Part shown: positions 53,432 to 64,000 of the stretch, piece by piece | Layout of the letters: the number at the start of each line of letters is the position of its first letter | Numbering within the stretch: the first letter of the stretch is position 1 | Assembly: GCA_003344405.1 (NCBI GenBank) | Contig: NOWV01000186.1 | Span: 1 to 64,000, forward strand | From: Trichoplax sp. H2 | Taxonomy: Eukaryota | DNA: 64,000 nucleotides | Direction of reading: 5' to 3' | Position numbers and translations under genes: made by a program | The notes under the pieces: generated by a model | Seen by the model: only the letters and a program-made list of their open reading frames with translations | Databases searched by the model: none | What the model was told of the DNA's origin: nothing

Positions 53432-56069
53432 ATGCAACAAGATCAGAGCAATTACGATGATGACGCTCTTAGCGATATCAATTGGCTAACAAATTTACAA
53501 CCTACCCATCTGCATAAGAATCGCAGTGATCGTTATGGCCTTGGCCAGTGTAGTAAAATGGATAACACTATCAACCAACCTCATCATTATTATACGCATC
53601 GATCACAACCGTCGACTTCGCGTTGCGGTATTAGTGAACCACCGCCCGAAGAAGTTATTGTTATGAATAGGAAATATGTCAAACCGCCTTATTCTTATGC
53701 TAAATTGATCACCATGGCCATCGACAGTACAACCGATAAGAAAATGCTCTTGAAGGATATATACGAATGGGTCGAAACGAAATATCCATTTTATAAGTAT
53801 ACTTCAAATAAAGGATGGAAGGTTAGTTTAGAGTGGATATCAATGGAAATGATGCATAGTCAAATCAGTCAGGTGCAGTGAGATGGATGACCAATACAGT
53901 AGATTCTATCTCTGCTTTCCAAAGACTGCGCCTAGAGCATTTTAAATTCATTTCTACAGCATAACCATGGACAACATCATACACCGTACTTGTAATCGAC
54001 AGTCATATAATGGCAAATTTTCATGTAACACACTATCTGAACTAGATCCCACTATTTCGACACACCTTCATAAGACCACTAGTAAGAGTGGCTTATGAGG
54101 CCTTAACATAACCATAAAGCCTTAACAGTCAATACGGTACCAATCATGCTGTACATTTCCAACCTTGTATTATTTATCATGTGTAATTTTATTCCATCAT
54201 TTTCTAGTATACAAACACATCTATTGAAGCAGTATAAGTAAAGATGCACTTGTACAACATGAAAAATTCATTATTTCAGTAATGTTACAGACTGTAGCCA
54301 TCTATTTCTTAGTAAGAAATCTTGCTAAGCCATAACACCATCCAATTCATCGACTTCGCTGAATACAGTAGAATAGGATGGTAGATGAAGTCACAATTTT
54401 ACTTGTTGAAATTTTTAACGATAGTCATGAGTAATTAATTACTAGACACAAATACAATTAGGTCATGTACAATCTTTAACTTAATGCTATAATATTTGAT
54501 TGTGCTATAGTGTATTCTCTAAAACCCATTCAATATTAATATGGTAAATTCAATTCCATCCGGTCAATAAAAGTAATATCTTGTATCGTTAGGAATGATG
54601 TTTTTCAATAGTTATCTTAATATGTGCTCTATGCCTTTAGCTAAATATACAGTATAACGTTCTTACCAATCTTCTTATTATTGTTCATATTTCAATAATA
54701 GAACTCCATACGTCATAATTTATCCTTGAAGCCTTACTTTATTAAGTTGGATCGTAGTGGCCGCGTTTGCAATTCGTCAGAAAGTAAAGGTTGCTATTGG
54801 ATGCTCGCACCATCGATGCAAAAAGAAAACATCCCTCCTGGTCAGCACATTATAACTACTGCTAATAAATTAACAAACATTTACACACAACCAAAAAATA
54901 ACCTGATTCCTACTGGCTTGCCGAATAAATCTGGTAAAAATATACCGACGGCATTAATTGCTACCCCTTTATATGCTGTATCAGACGGTAGCAATGATGA
55001 TCATAATAATAAGCGTGTTATCCCTATCTTACCCAAGGGTCTTCCAACATTTTACGTCTTAGCTTCTGTACCAACGTCCACTTCTGTTAACAGCGAAGCC
55101 ACATCATCTGAACCAATTACAACTATAGCTAGTACATCGCAAGTAAAAGACCTCCACTATGTAGTCGATAATCCCTCATTATTAGCTAACTCTCAATGTA
55201 CTGCATCAGCGCCTCAAGCTAATTTATCAAGCAACAACTACTACATTAACGATAATTTCCCCAATTCTAGCGTTACAGCTAGTTTAGGAACTTGCACACA
55301 AAATAACTCAGACGATATCAAGGCTTGGAATGATGATTTAAATGTGCCTTTCAGTAGAAAAAGACCAGGCCAAGAGATTTCGTCTGTAAATAAGAAACAA
55401 TGTGATAGCGGTATCATGGAAGATTCTACAACTACATTAGATGTCGAGAAATATGAAACTCCCAAGAAGAAAGACAGAGCTTCTACCACTATCGATGAAT
55501 CGACCTATAAAACTCCTATTAGAGCATTACAAGATGTATTTCCAGAAAACATTGTTTCATCACCGTTGGATACTTTGTCAACACCCAACGTTAATGCGCT
55601 ATTAAAAACTGTTAGTAGTAGTTGTAGGAAAAGTTTAGATAAGTTTGAATCATCATCATTTTGGAGTGAAATGGAAGCTGTAGCAGGTATGGCCACGTTA
55701 TTCACTACTCCTGTACGTTCTAGTAGCAAGAGAAATAACGATCACGAAACTACGCCTTTAGTAAGGCAGCAACCTACTTTAGCTGCTTTAAATGACAAAT
55801 CCAAAATAACTCCAACCAAAAATCAAGATAATCGGATTAACTTTGATGATTTAAGTTTAACCCCTTATCTGAAGACGATATTAAATACTAGTACATCTGA
55901 TAGTGGAATTTTTAGCTTTTCCTCGCCAACACGTTCTCCTAAGAGTATTCATGAATCTACGTCCTTGTTATCGCCTGCCGAATTTGTCAAGACCCACGAT
56001 TTGAAAGAGCTAACTCCTAGAAAGCCAATTCGTAATCGAGGTCGTCGATCATACAATATATCACAATAG
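53432..56069 (+). CDS. Forkhead transcription factor, most FoxM-like (2 coding exons, 585 aa)
   Basis: Exon 53432-53821 splices (GTTAGT...AATAG) to 54702-56069, joining KPPYSYAKLITMAI...LKDIYEWV...KGWK to NSIRHNLSL...KGCYW. Upstream LSDINWL motif and a long S/T/P-rich tail. Confidence 0.92.
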
Positions 56070-57516
56070 CTAACAAGTTGATGCTGCTTTTACTATTATT
56101 ACTATTAACTAGAAACTATTGTTAACGTTCCTGTTTAATATAGACTGTCATTGTTTCGCTACTTCAATCAACTTTGTAATATAATAAATTCTATCATAAC
56201 GTAGAACTTAAAATTTCTAGTGAGCGTTTTGTATTATACAAGTTATCACAATATACGTATTACTTATTAGGGATGTTCAATTGTGCATAATACCTTGCCT
56301 TGGACACCATATTGTATAATTTTTTGTACTGTATCAAGTCTAAAATGTCAACTGTATACAATCTCGATAATCTAATATAATGCTGTTAATATGAAACTGT
56401 ACCAAGATAATTAAGTTTAGCTAAATAATGCCTATTTTTGGAATTTACTCTACCTAGCGTTACTATACTATATTGAATTTCATTGAAAGATACTACCCCT
56501 AATTTAGCTTTGCGCTATATATGGGTATACGAAACTACTGTGTATGGTGTAATGTCCAACCATTTCTATAAGCTTGAATTTCTACTTTATTTTCTATATC
56601 TTAATCTTTTTCGTGTAAATAAATTACGACGTTGTAAATTACTTGTTTTACGAACTATCACGTATGTCAAATGCGTGATAACCCAATGAATCATTGGATA
56701 TCAGTAACGATGTGTGCATCAATGTGATACCATAGTACTTTTCAATGCATTTTCTGGAATAACTTTATTTTTCATGAACAAGATATTAGTTTATCGGGTA
56801 AAAAGATGAAAAATATTTTTACATTTTAGTTGAAAATGTACCCGTGAGCTTTTATCAAGCTTGAAGCTCAATACAAGCGATACCTTCAATTTAATTTCAA
56901 CCAACAGGCGCATAGTTTAGTAGACAGTTGTAGAGCTGATGAATGAAACTCTGTTTTGATAATTGAATAAAGCATACATGCAGTCGTTAGTGCTGATAAG
57001 GCAAGACAGAAGTAATCAATTATCCATTAATCTTCAACAACTTGGTAAGTTAATAATAATCAGAATCATTGTTATTAGTAACAAATTACATAAAAGCGAT
57101 TATAAGTGATCATGGTATATTGCCATTTGCCAATATAGATTATTTTGCTCGATACGTCATACACCATAGTATCCAATATTCAATGTTTCGACATTTTACG
57201 TCGTTTACAAAAAAAGGTTTGATCGTAAATAAATTTCTCCAAGCCCTAGACTCCTTTGAAGTACAGAATCATAAATATGTATCATACAGTAAATAGATTT
57301 TCAACGCCAATACTATCTGCATTACAATCATAATGTTCATGAATCAGGTTATACAGTACTACCGATTTTAACATTTATCACACGCGTTGCACTTGTATAA
57401 ATCACATAAACAACCACTAATTTGTACCACTTCCATCACTTTGTCATTATGCCGCCACATGCGCAATACGATAATTATTGTAGCTCTTGCATCAAAAAAC
57501 CATCCTCAGGTTCATA

Positions 57517-59181
57517 CTACTCTAATAATGTTAGTAGTGACTTTCGTTGTTTAAGTGCTTTTTGTGCGTAATGTTTATCATAAACAGAACTAGTTATTTC
57601 AGCAGTTCCAATCGCTTTTTGATAATTAATCACGGCTGCATCCAAATCTTTTCTGACCCCTAAACCAAATTGATATATTCTACCTACATGGTAGTAATCG
57701 TCTGAGTCTTGGTCAATTTTTTCCTTCCTCTTGGATCGAAATCGATCCAAAGCATACTCATAGTGGATTTTTGACAACCGAGAATCGTAATAATTGCAAT
57801 AACGATCATTTGAATAGATTTTACCCAGGCGGTAATGCGCATAGCCGTTAATATTATTATTATTATCTAATTCAATAATTTTCATGTATAACTTGATGGC
57901 TGAGGAAATGTTTAAATTTTGTAATTTCTTTTTTTCAATTAACTTTGCTAAAAATAAGTAGCATTGTAAACAATTGGCCATTAGGATACCAGAGGCGTAG
58001 AAATGCGTAGCTTGCTCAATATCTATGGATAGGCCTAAACCTTTATGATATATATAACCTAATTGAAAATATTGACGACCTTCGTGTAGATTGTCGAATA
58101 GATTAGTAGCAGCAATAGCCCATTCAAAATAATCTTTGGCTAAATTTAAATCTTGAGCAACACCTAATCCATTCAGATAAGCTAATCCAACATGATATAA
58201 TATATCAGAATAGCCGTAGCGAGCCGATTTCAATAACAGTTTTAGTGCTTCAGAATAATCACGATTGGTAGTGGGTGTTTCAGTTTGGTACAGGATTGCT
58301 AACTCAAATTGGGCTAAACAATGGCCTTGATCAGCTGCCATGATATAATATTGGATATTTTCACTGTCATGCGTTGTAGGAGCTGGACGAGGAGAGGATA
58401 AACCAGCAAATTTATGAACAGCTAAGTTGTAGCTGGCCGCCGGTTTACCTAGTTGCTTTGATTTTTCAAAATAGTCATAGCCACGTTGTAATTGGCGATC
58501 GCTCTTTTCTTTTTCATGATTGCATTCAGCGGTAATAACATCTAAGATACCAAGTTCATTATAGATATGACTCAATTGATTGGTATTCTCAGTTGTATCA
58601 ACTGATTTTTCTAATGATTGGTAATAATCATCAATGACTGAACGCCAATTTTGTGAATCAGCGTAAGAGTCTTTCAATTTTCGATAAGATTGTGTGTATT
58701 TGCCTTCAGCAGCAGATTTGGTCAGCATTTTCACTTGCTCTTCGATACTTTCTATTAAAGTTAATTGATCAATGTCTACATCATTATAATTGCCATAGCG
58801 ATCTTGAACTAATTGAGCTAACTGATAATAAGCACCAGGATGATGATCTTCAATTGCTAAACGATAATTTTCCATTGCTTTATGTTCATCCTTTTGAACT
58901 GGACCTATACCATAATGATAATAATATCCTAATTGATAATATTTATGCGAGTTATCTTCGACATCATTGCGAATACTGCGCGTTAACTGTTCTAGCGAAT
59001 TCCTATGCAATCTCTCATCAACCCCATCTAATAAATAATTTCGAGCAATTTTGATGGCGTCTTCATCTAAATCGTCTAATGTATCCTTGAATTTGATTGT
59101 ATTACTTGACGATGTTCTGGATGATGGCCCACTTCTTCTAGCTTGAATCACGATACGAAATCGTGTAACAGGAAAATCCAT
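57517..59181 (-). CDS. SLR protein 5, single module (554 aa from the first ATG, intronless CDS)
   Basis: SLR motifs LGYYYHYGIGPVQKDEHKA, VGLAYLNGLGVAQDLNLA, LGYIYHKGLGLSIDIEQA and VGRIYQFGLGVRKDLDAA, plus GYSD, LAKLIEK and YAHYRLGKIYS. The ORF-track GTG start overlaps a possible splice acceptor at 59283-59284. Confidence 0.87.
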   Translation of the reverse strand: MDFPVTRFRIVIQARRSGPSSRTSSSNTIKFKDTLDDLDEDAIKIARNYLLDGVDERLHRNSLEQLTRSIRNDVEDNSHKYYQLGYYYHYGIGPVQKDEHKAMENYRLAIEDHHPGAYYQLAQLVQDRYGNYNDVDIDQLTLIESIEEQVKMLTKSAAEGKYTQSYRKLKDSYADSQNWRSVIDDYYQSLEKSVDTTENTNQLSHIYNELGILDVITAECNHEKEKSDRQLQRGYDYFEKSKQLGKPAASYNLAVHKFAGLSSPRPAPTTHDSENIQYYIMAADQGHCLAQFELAILYQTETPTTNRDYSEALKLLLKSARYGYSDILYHVGLAYLNGLGVAQDLNLAKDYFEWAIAATNLFDNLHEGRQYFQLGYIYHKGLGLSIDIEQATHFYASGILMANCLQCYLFLAKLIEKKKLQNLNISSAIKLYMKIIELDNNNNINGYAHYRLGKIYSNDRYCNYYDSRLSKIHYEYALDRFRSKRKEKIDQDSDDYYHVGRIYQFGLGVRKDLDAAVINYQKAIGTAEITSSVYDKHYAQKALKQRKSLLTLLE

Positions 59182-59764
59182 GGCTGATAATACTTTGGCA
59201 ATGAAATACTGATTGTATTCCTTCTTGGATGGAAAATGCCAATTCAATGCTTTCCTTTTTGCAGGAGTTGACAGGATAACCACTAGGAATCAATTGTACG
59301 ATGTCGTGATGACGATGATCAACCAACTGTTTACAGGTAGATAACGATTGTAATCACCGCGTTTATCCAATGTTATCTTGACACCAACCTTGGCTGCTGC
59401 TTTATTTGTACTTGATATTCTACTTGAACATTAAGATTGGTTTGTTTAGCAGGAATCAATCCCCTTAGCGGTACGCTTCCAATCGTTCAAGCTTGTCTGT
59501 TGACTGAATAACACTGGTGTAAAGCAATCCAATCACTCATACTAATTTAATCAATCACCTAATAGCGGTTCAAGGCAACGAATGGATTGCTCATTCATCC
59601 ACAAGTATCATTATAAAGTAGTGCGATTTCTTTCTTTTCTTTCACTGCTACTGTAAGCCATCTTGATATTCGTCGGTTTGAAGGTTTTACTTTTGATCAT
59701 TTCCTTGATTTGTTTTTCCTTCCCCTCAATTCTCCAAGAGGCAGCAGCAATCTACTAGACATGT

Positions 59765-60310
59765 ACTGGATCTACTGGACGCTGTCAGCCTGTCCGTCTG
59801 TACCGTACAGTACAGTACAGTACCGTGTACAGTGTACAGTACCTCACGATACAGTGCACATGCTGTACAGGACGTACTGTAGACTGTAGGCTTTCAGTAG
59901 CTTGCAATGTTGGTTAGAATCTCTACTGGACGCTGTCGGCCTGTCTGTCCGTACCGTACTGTACCTTACGCTACAGTATACTGTACTGTATGTACTGTAT
60001 CCTGCACAGTGTACAGTACAGTACAGTACCTTCCTCTACAGTGCGTATAGTGTATAGGACGTACTGTAGACTGTAGGCTTTCAGTAGCTTGCAATGTTGG
60101 TTCTACTGGAGGCCGTTAGACTAGCCGTAGTAGGATCTACTGGACGCTATCGGCCTGTCTGTCCGTGCCGTATTGTACACTGTACAGTGTACAGTGTACA
60201 GTACCTTACGCTACAGTATACAGTATGTACTGTACAGTACTGTACCCTGCACAGTGTACAGTACCTTACTCTACAGTGCGTGTACTGTACATACGCAGTT
60301 CTACAGTACA
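59765..60310. repeat. Three-copy tandem repeat (150-215 bp units) rich in TACAG/CTGTA
   Basis: TCTACTGGACGCT(G/A)TC(A/G)GCCTGTC at about 59771, 59922 and 60136. GGACGTACTGTAGACTGTAGGCTTTCAGTAGCTTGCAATGTTGGTT at about 59870 and 60057. Confidence 0.9.
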
Positions 60311-61841
60311 GCAGGCCGTGGTAGTAGTACTACTATAAAATGGCTTTTGGGTTCATGGCGTAATCCAAGATTGTATTTGGAATATTGATTGATTAGGGGA
60401 AAAATGATTTATTTGTACAGTAGACTGGATAGATCATCGTATGCAGTTGTTCAGAAGGCGCAATGCAACAATATTATGGCTACTCCTAACAGCTGCGGCA
60501 CTAGCCAAAATGATGTCATCAAAAGCCATTAATACGCTACGGTCAAAAAAAATAATAATAAACAAACTTCAATACAGTTCCCTATAGTGATACAGTAGAG
60601 GATTTGCTGGTTGTTGAAGCAGTAAAATTGTGACAGTATTGTCACTTGATCCAGTACTCCTCCTCCTCTATTCTACAGGATAAGACTCCAACGAGAAGGA
60701 AAGACAAGCTGAAAAAGAAACTCGACAAGTGCTTCTACTCCAATTTTCGACATATGCCTACGAGAAAAGAAGATTGCGCAAGTAACAACGAAACGCCATT
60801 GGTGCTGAGTTCACATTGACTGAAACTTTCATAAGCTATCCCTGGTGAAAAAGAGGCAAAAACACTCAGTACGCCAATCGAGAAAAGTAAGAGGGAATAT
60901 ACCGCTGTCATTTGATGTTGATCGATCAATATCATTCTAGTCGTCAATAGCTTTACTATGATGACATGATAGCTTAGTCGTTGTTGATCAAGAATGAAAT
61001 GTCTTATTCCATACATTTGTGCTCTGTTAGGATGATTTGACGGTCTATTATGTTAAAATTATTTCATCACGATAGCGACAGGTAGTGAAATAACCTTGTA
61101 GGATTAGGATTGATAGGCAACGGCTGAGGAGGTACACGTATGGATTCATATCTACAGTAGATTCTACACCTTTTGAGTGATGAAACTACAACTCTTTGGA
61201 TAGAGTCAATGGAGTGCTTGTAGGAATCAACAACTGTAATGTATTTTCCTGTCATAAGATTGTACAGAAGGTACAGGAGAAATACACTGCGTAGTCTTAG
61301 ATCAAGATCAGTTTATTGTTAATAGATGTTAAATCATGCCATTCCAATCAGTCACAAGCAAACGGAATAGTTTAGCAACGGCTATTGGAAACAATCCTAC
61401 ACTATAAAATGAATACTCATGACCAAGACAAGCGCCAAACTTTCCCTTGAGTACATACGTGCAATTTGAATCTTCTACTTTTAAAAACAACATAATCGAC
61501 GTGATACGATGAACAGCAATATACTGTACAGTACTTAGGGTAGCCCACGGATAACAATCATTGATAACTACCTGACCATAAAGAGATTCAATACCTTACA
61601 TCAATGACTTAATCAATAGACAGACGAGCGTACATGAAAGGATATTTTCAACGCTCTTACGTACAATCCTATCATTTACTCTATAAATAATATCAATTTA
61701 CCAGAAATTGCACTATAGTCACGGTACAACAGTAAGTTGAATTATCTCCCTGAAAAATTTTCCTAATCGTTTCTACAGTATAGGTACCATCGCTTGCGCA
61801 AGGCTACAAGTTAACCGCAACAGCTATAGAATTGAAGCAAA

Positions 61842-63509
61842 ATGAGAGATATTTGGTCCTCCAATATTGGTATAATCACAGAATCAGTTGAATCAGAAAT
61901 ACTCGAGGATGATAATAATGAAGACATTGACGACCTCACCCAAGATATTACCTTTGATGATCTCCTTGAAGAAATTGGACATCATGATATTTTATTACTT
62001 TATCATCATCAACATATCATGGATCAACTGTATAGTGAAGCTTTCCAAAAATTTTTACAACGTACACAAACCTCTAATGATGCTCACGCACATTATAACT
62101 TAGCTTATTTCTATTATAATGGTCATGGTGTAGCAAAAAATTACAATCTTGCTTTCTATCATTATCAGCTAGCCGCTAAACAAGACCATCCTGGTGCATT
62201 ATACAATATATGCTTACTGTATGGTATTGAAGGAAATACATCACCACAAAATGTTCGCTTCATGCCACCTGACAAATTAGCTGAATTTAAAGTCACTATG
62301 TATGTTCGATCAGGAGCTCAAGGCCAATATACAAATGCCTATAGTAAATTAGTCGACAATTATCAACAGTCTGAGCTTTGGCAAGTAGCTCTCAATAAAT
62401 TATACGAACTATATTTACAGCAGATTCATTGTACCGACGATCATTCTGATAATAACCATGAAATAGCCAGTCTCTACAATCAGTTAGGTTTTATATGCAT
62501 GGTAAAATATAGTGCCAACGATGATTCCAGCGCGTTATTTCAAGCCAATCGCTTCTTTCATCAAGCAACCCAATTAGGTAATCCATCAGCCTATTTTAAT
62601 TTAGGCTTTTTCAAGTATGGTTTTGCATGTAGTCCAGACAAAGACAGAGAAAAAGAGATAGAAATGTTGGAGATTGCAGCTCGAAATGGTCATACATTAG
62701 CACAGTATCAGTTAGGCTATTATTGGCGTACTACGTTAAAGAGTCAAATTGAAAATTGCCGAAAGTCTTATGAATATTTCCAGAAAGCGTCTGTCCATGG
62801 CTATTCAGATACTTTATGTAACTTAGGATTTTTGTATGTCAATGGTATTGGTGGCGTTCAACAAGACTTTCAACTTGCTGTCGACTACTTCCGAACTGCG
62901 TCAGTGGTGGATGAACTAGCGTGCACGCAGTACGCCAAAAGAGAATGCTTCAGTTTAGGATTTATGTACGAACATGGTATCGGCGTGCCTGTCAATTTAA
63001 TGTTAGCCAGCCATTTTTATGCATATGGAGCAACTTTTCAATTAAATAGTAAAAAATCACTTTGCCATTTAGCTAAATTAATCGAAAAAGAGCACATAAC
63101 CCCATCATTCATTCGAGATGCTATTGAATTATACCAGCGTGCGATTGCTTCCAACAATCCATATATTTGTGGTTATGCTAACTACAGGCTAGGAAAGATA
63201 TATAGTAATCTAAGATTTGATGGATACTTTGACGAAGAGAAAGCGAACTGTCATTATCAGATAGCGCTAAATTGTTACCAAACCTATCCTAATCTGTTAG
63301 GCGAAGGCGGTGCAGACCACTACTACCATTTAGCAACATTATACGAAAAAGGTTACGGTGTCAGTATTGACTTTGAAAAAGCAAAAAACTATTACCTTCT
63401 ATCAATTAAAACTGCAGAAGAAAGGGTAGATGTCTACCAAGACTACTATGGTCAAAAAGCTAAAAGACGCTACAACGCCATCATCACCCAAATTGATACA
63501 GAGTCTTGA
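61842..63509 (+). CDS. SLR protein 6, single module (555 aa, intronless)
   Basis: The most canonical SLRs of the set: AHYNLAYFYYNGHGVAKNYNLA, LGFLYVNGIGGVQQDFQLA, LGFMYEHGIGVPVNLMLA and LATLYEKGYGVSIDFEKA. Also GYSD, LAKLIEK, YANYRLGKIYS and an acidic N-terminus. Confidence 0.9.
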   Translation: MRDIWSSNIGIITESVESEILEDDNNEDIDDLTQDITFDDLLEEIGHHDILLLYHHQHIMDQLYSEAFQKFLQRTQTSNDAHAHYNLAYFYYNGHGVAKNYNLAFYHYQLAAKQDHPGALYNICLLYGIEGNTSPQNVRFMPPDKLAEFKVTMYVRSGAQGQYTNAYSKLVDNYQQSELWQVALNKLYELYLQQIHCTDDHSDNNHEIASLYNQLGFICMVKYSANDDSSALFQANRFFHQATQLGNPSAYFNLGFFKYGFACSPDKDREKEIEMLEIAARNGHTLAQYQLGYYWRTTLKSQIENCRKSYEYFQKASVHGYSDTLCNLGFLYVNGIGGVQQDFQLAVDYFRTASVVDELACTQYAKRECFSLGFMYEHGIGVPVNLMLASHFYAYGATFQLNSKKSLCHLAKLIEKEHITPSFIRDAIELYQRAIASNNPYICGYANYRLGKIYSNLRFDGYFDEEKANCHYQIALNCYQTYPNLLGEGGADHYYHLATLYEKGYGVSIDFEKAKNYYLLSIKTAEERVDVYQDYYGQKAKRRYNAIITQIDTES

Positions 63510-64000
63510 TAGCTTATTTAAGAGATGCAACGATCGATAGGTAGATAAGCCCACGCATATCAACATACTTATGGAAAATTGTGCCATTATAATCATTATT
63601 ATTATACAGTGCATGACAGAAGATAACTGCAAATTTTCTACAATACTTGTATCATCTAAAACTACAATCTGATCATTTACAGATTGATAACTAGATAACT
63701 AAATAAACCAAAATGTATCGATATCCGCATTTATCCAAATATACAATTATCATACAGTGTATGATAGAAGGTGATTGTAAATTTTTTCTTAATATTGTCC
63801 AAAATTAGAATCTTACATATTGCAAGTAGTAAATTTATTTTATAGCTTGTATTCCGTAGCCCACAAGTGTTTACCTTGCAAGCGAAACGTGGTATGCCTC
63901 TGCACTACAAAGTAAATTAACAGACTATTCGATTGTAATTCCTATAAATATAAATAAATCGCAATGTATAGCATCAACTGTCATTCTATTGCTTAAAAAG

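Noticed and set aside
60094-60388. Tyr/Cys/Thr/Val-rich ORFs
   Set aside because: Translations of the TACAG-rich repeat.
60600-61300. Purine-rich, coding-looking region with short ORFs
   Set aside because: No frame gives a recognisable protein. It may be UTR or a decayed gene, but that cannot be supported without a search.
27464-63509. Calling the SLR genes SEL1L/Hrd3, or bacterial contamination
   Set aside because: They lack the signal peptide and transmembrane anchor of SEL1L, and they are interleaved with intron-containing animal genes with no operon structure.

Overview
AT-rich eukaryotic (animal) DNA with short GT-AG introns; composition, intron sizes and gene content suggest a compact early-branching metazoan genome such as a placozoan (inference). 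Left to right: (1) a tandem array of mitochondrial-clan cytochrome P450 genes (one 3' fragment, two complete 7-exon genes); (2) two Rac-family GTPases with intronless CDS, one canonical and one divergent with Gln at the Arg66 position; (3) six intronless Sel1-like-repeat (SLR) genes over 27-63.5 kb, all built from one ~500-550 aa module, three with one copy and three with two; (4) a two-exon FoxM-like forkhead gene inside the SLR cluster, with CDK sites, a KEN box, a DSGxxS degron and a CCAAT/CHR-type promoter. Intergenic DNA holds minisatellites, tandem duplications, a MITE-like element, a cluster of AP-1 sites and TACAG/CTGTA-rich islands. The SLR family is the best candidate for an undescribed system. 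Exon boundaries and motifs were read by eye and no searches were run.
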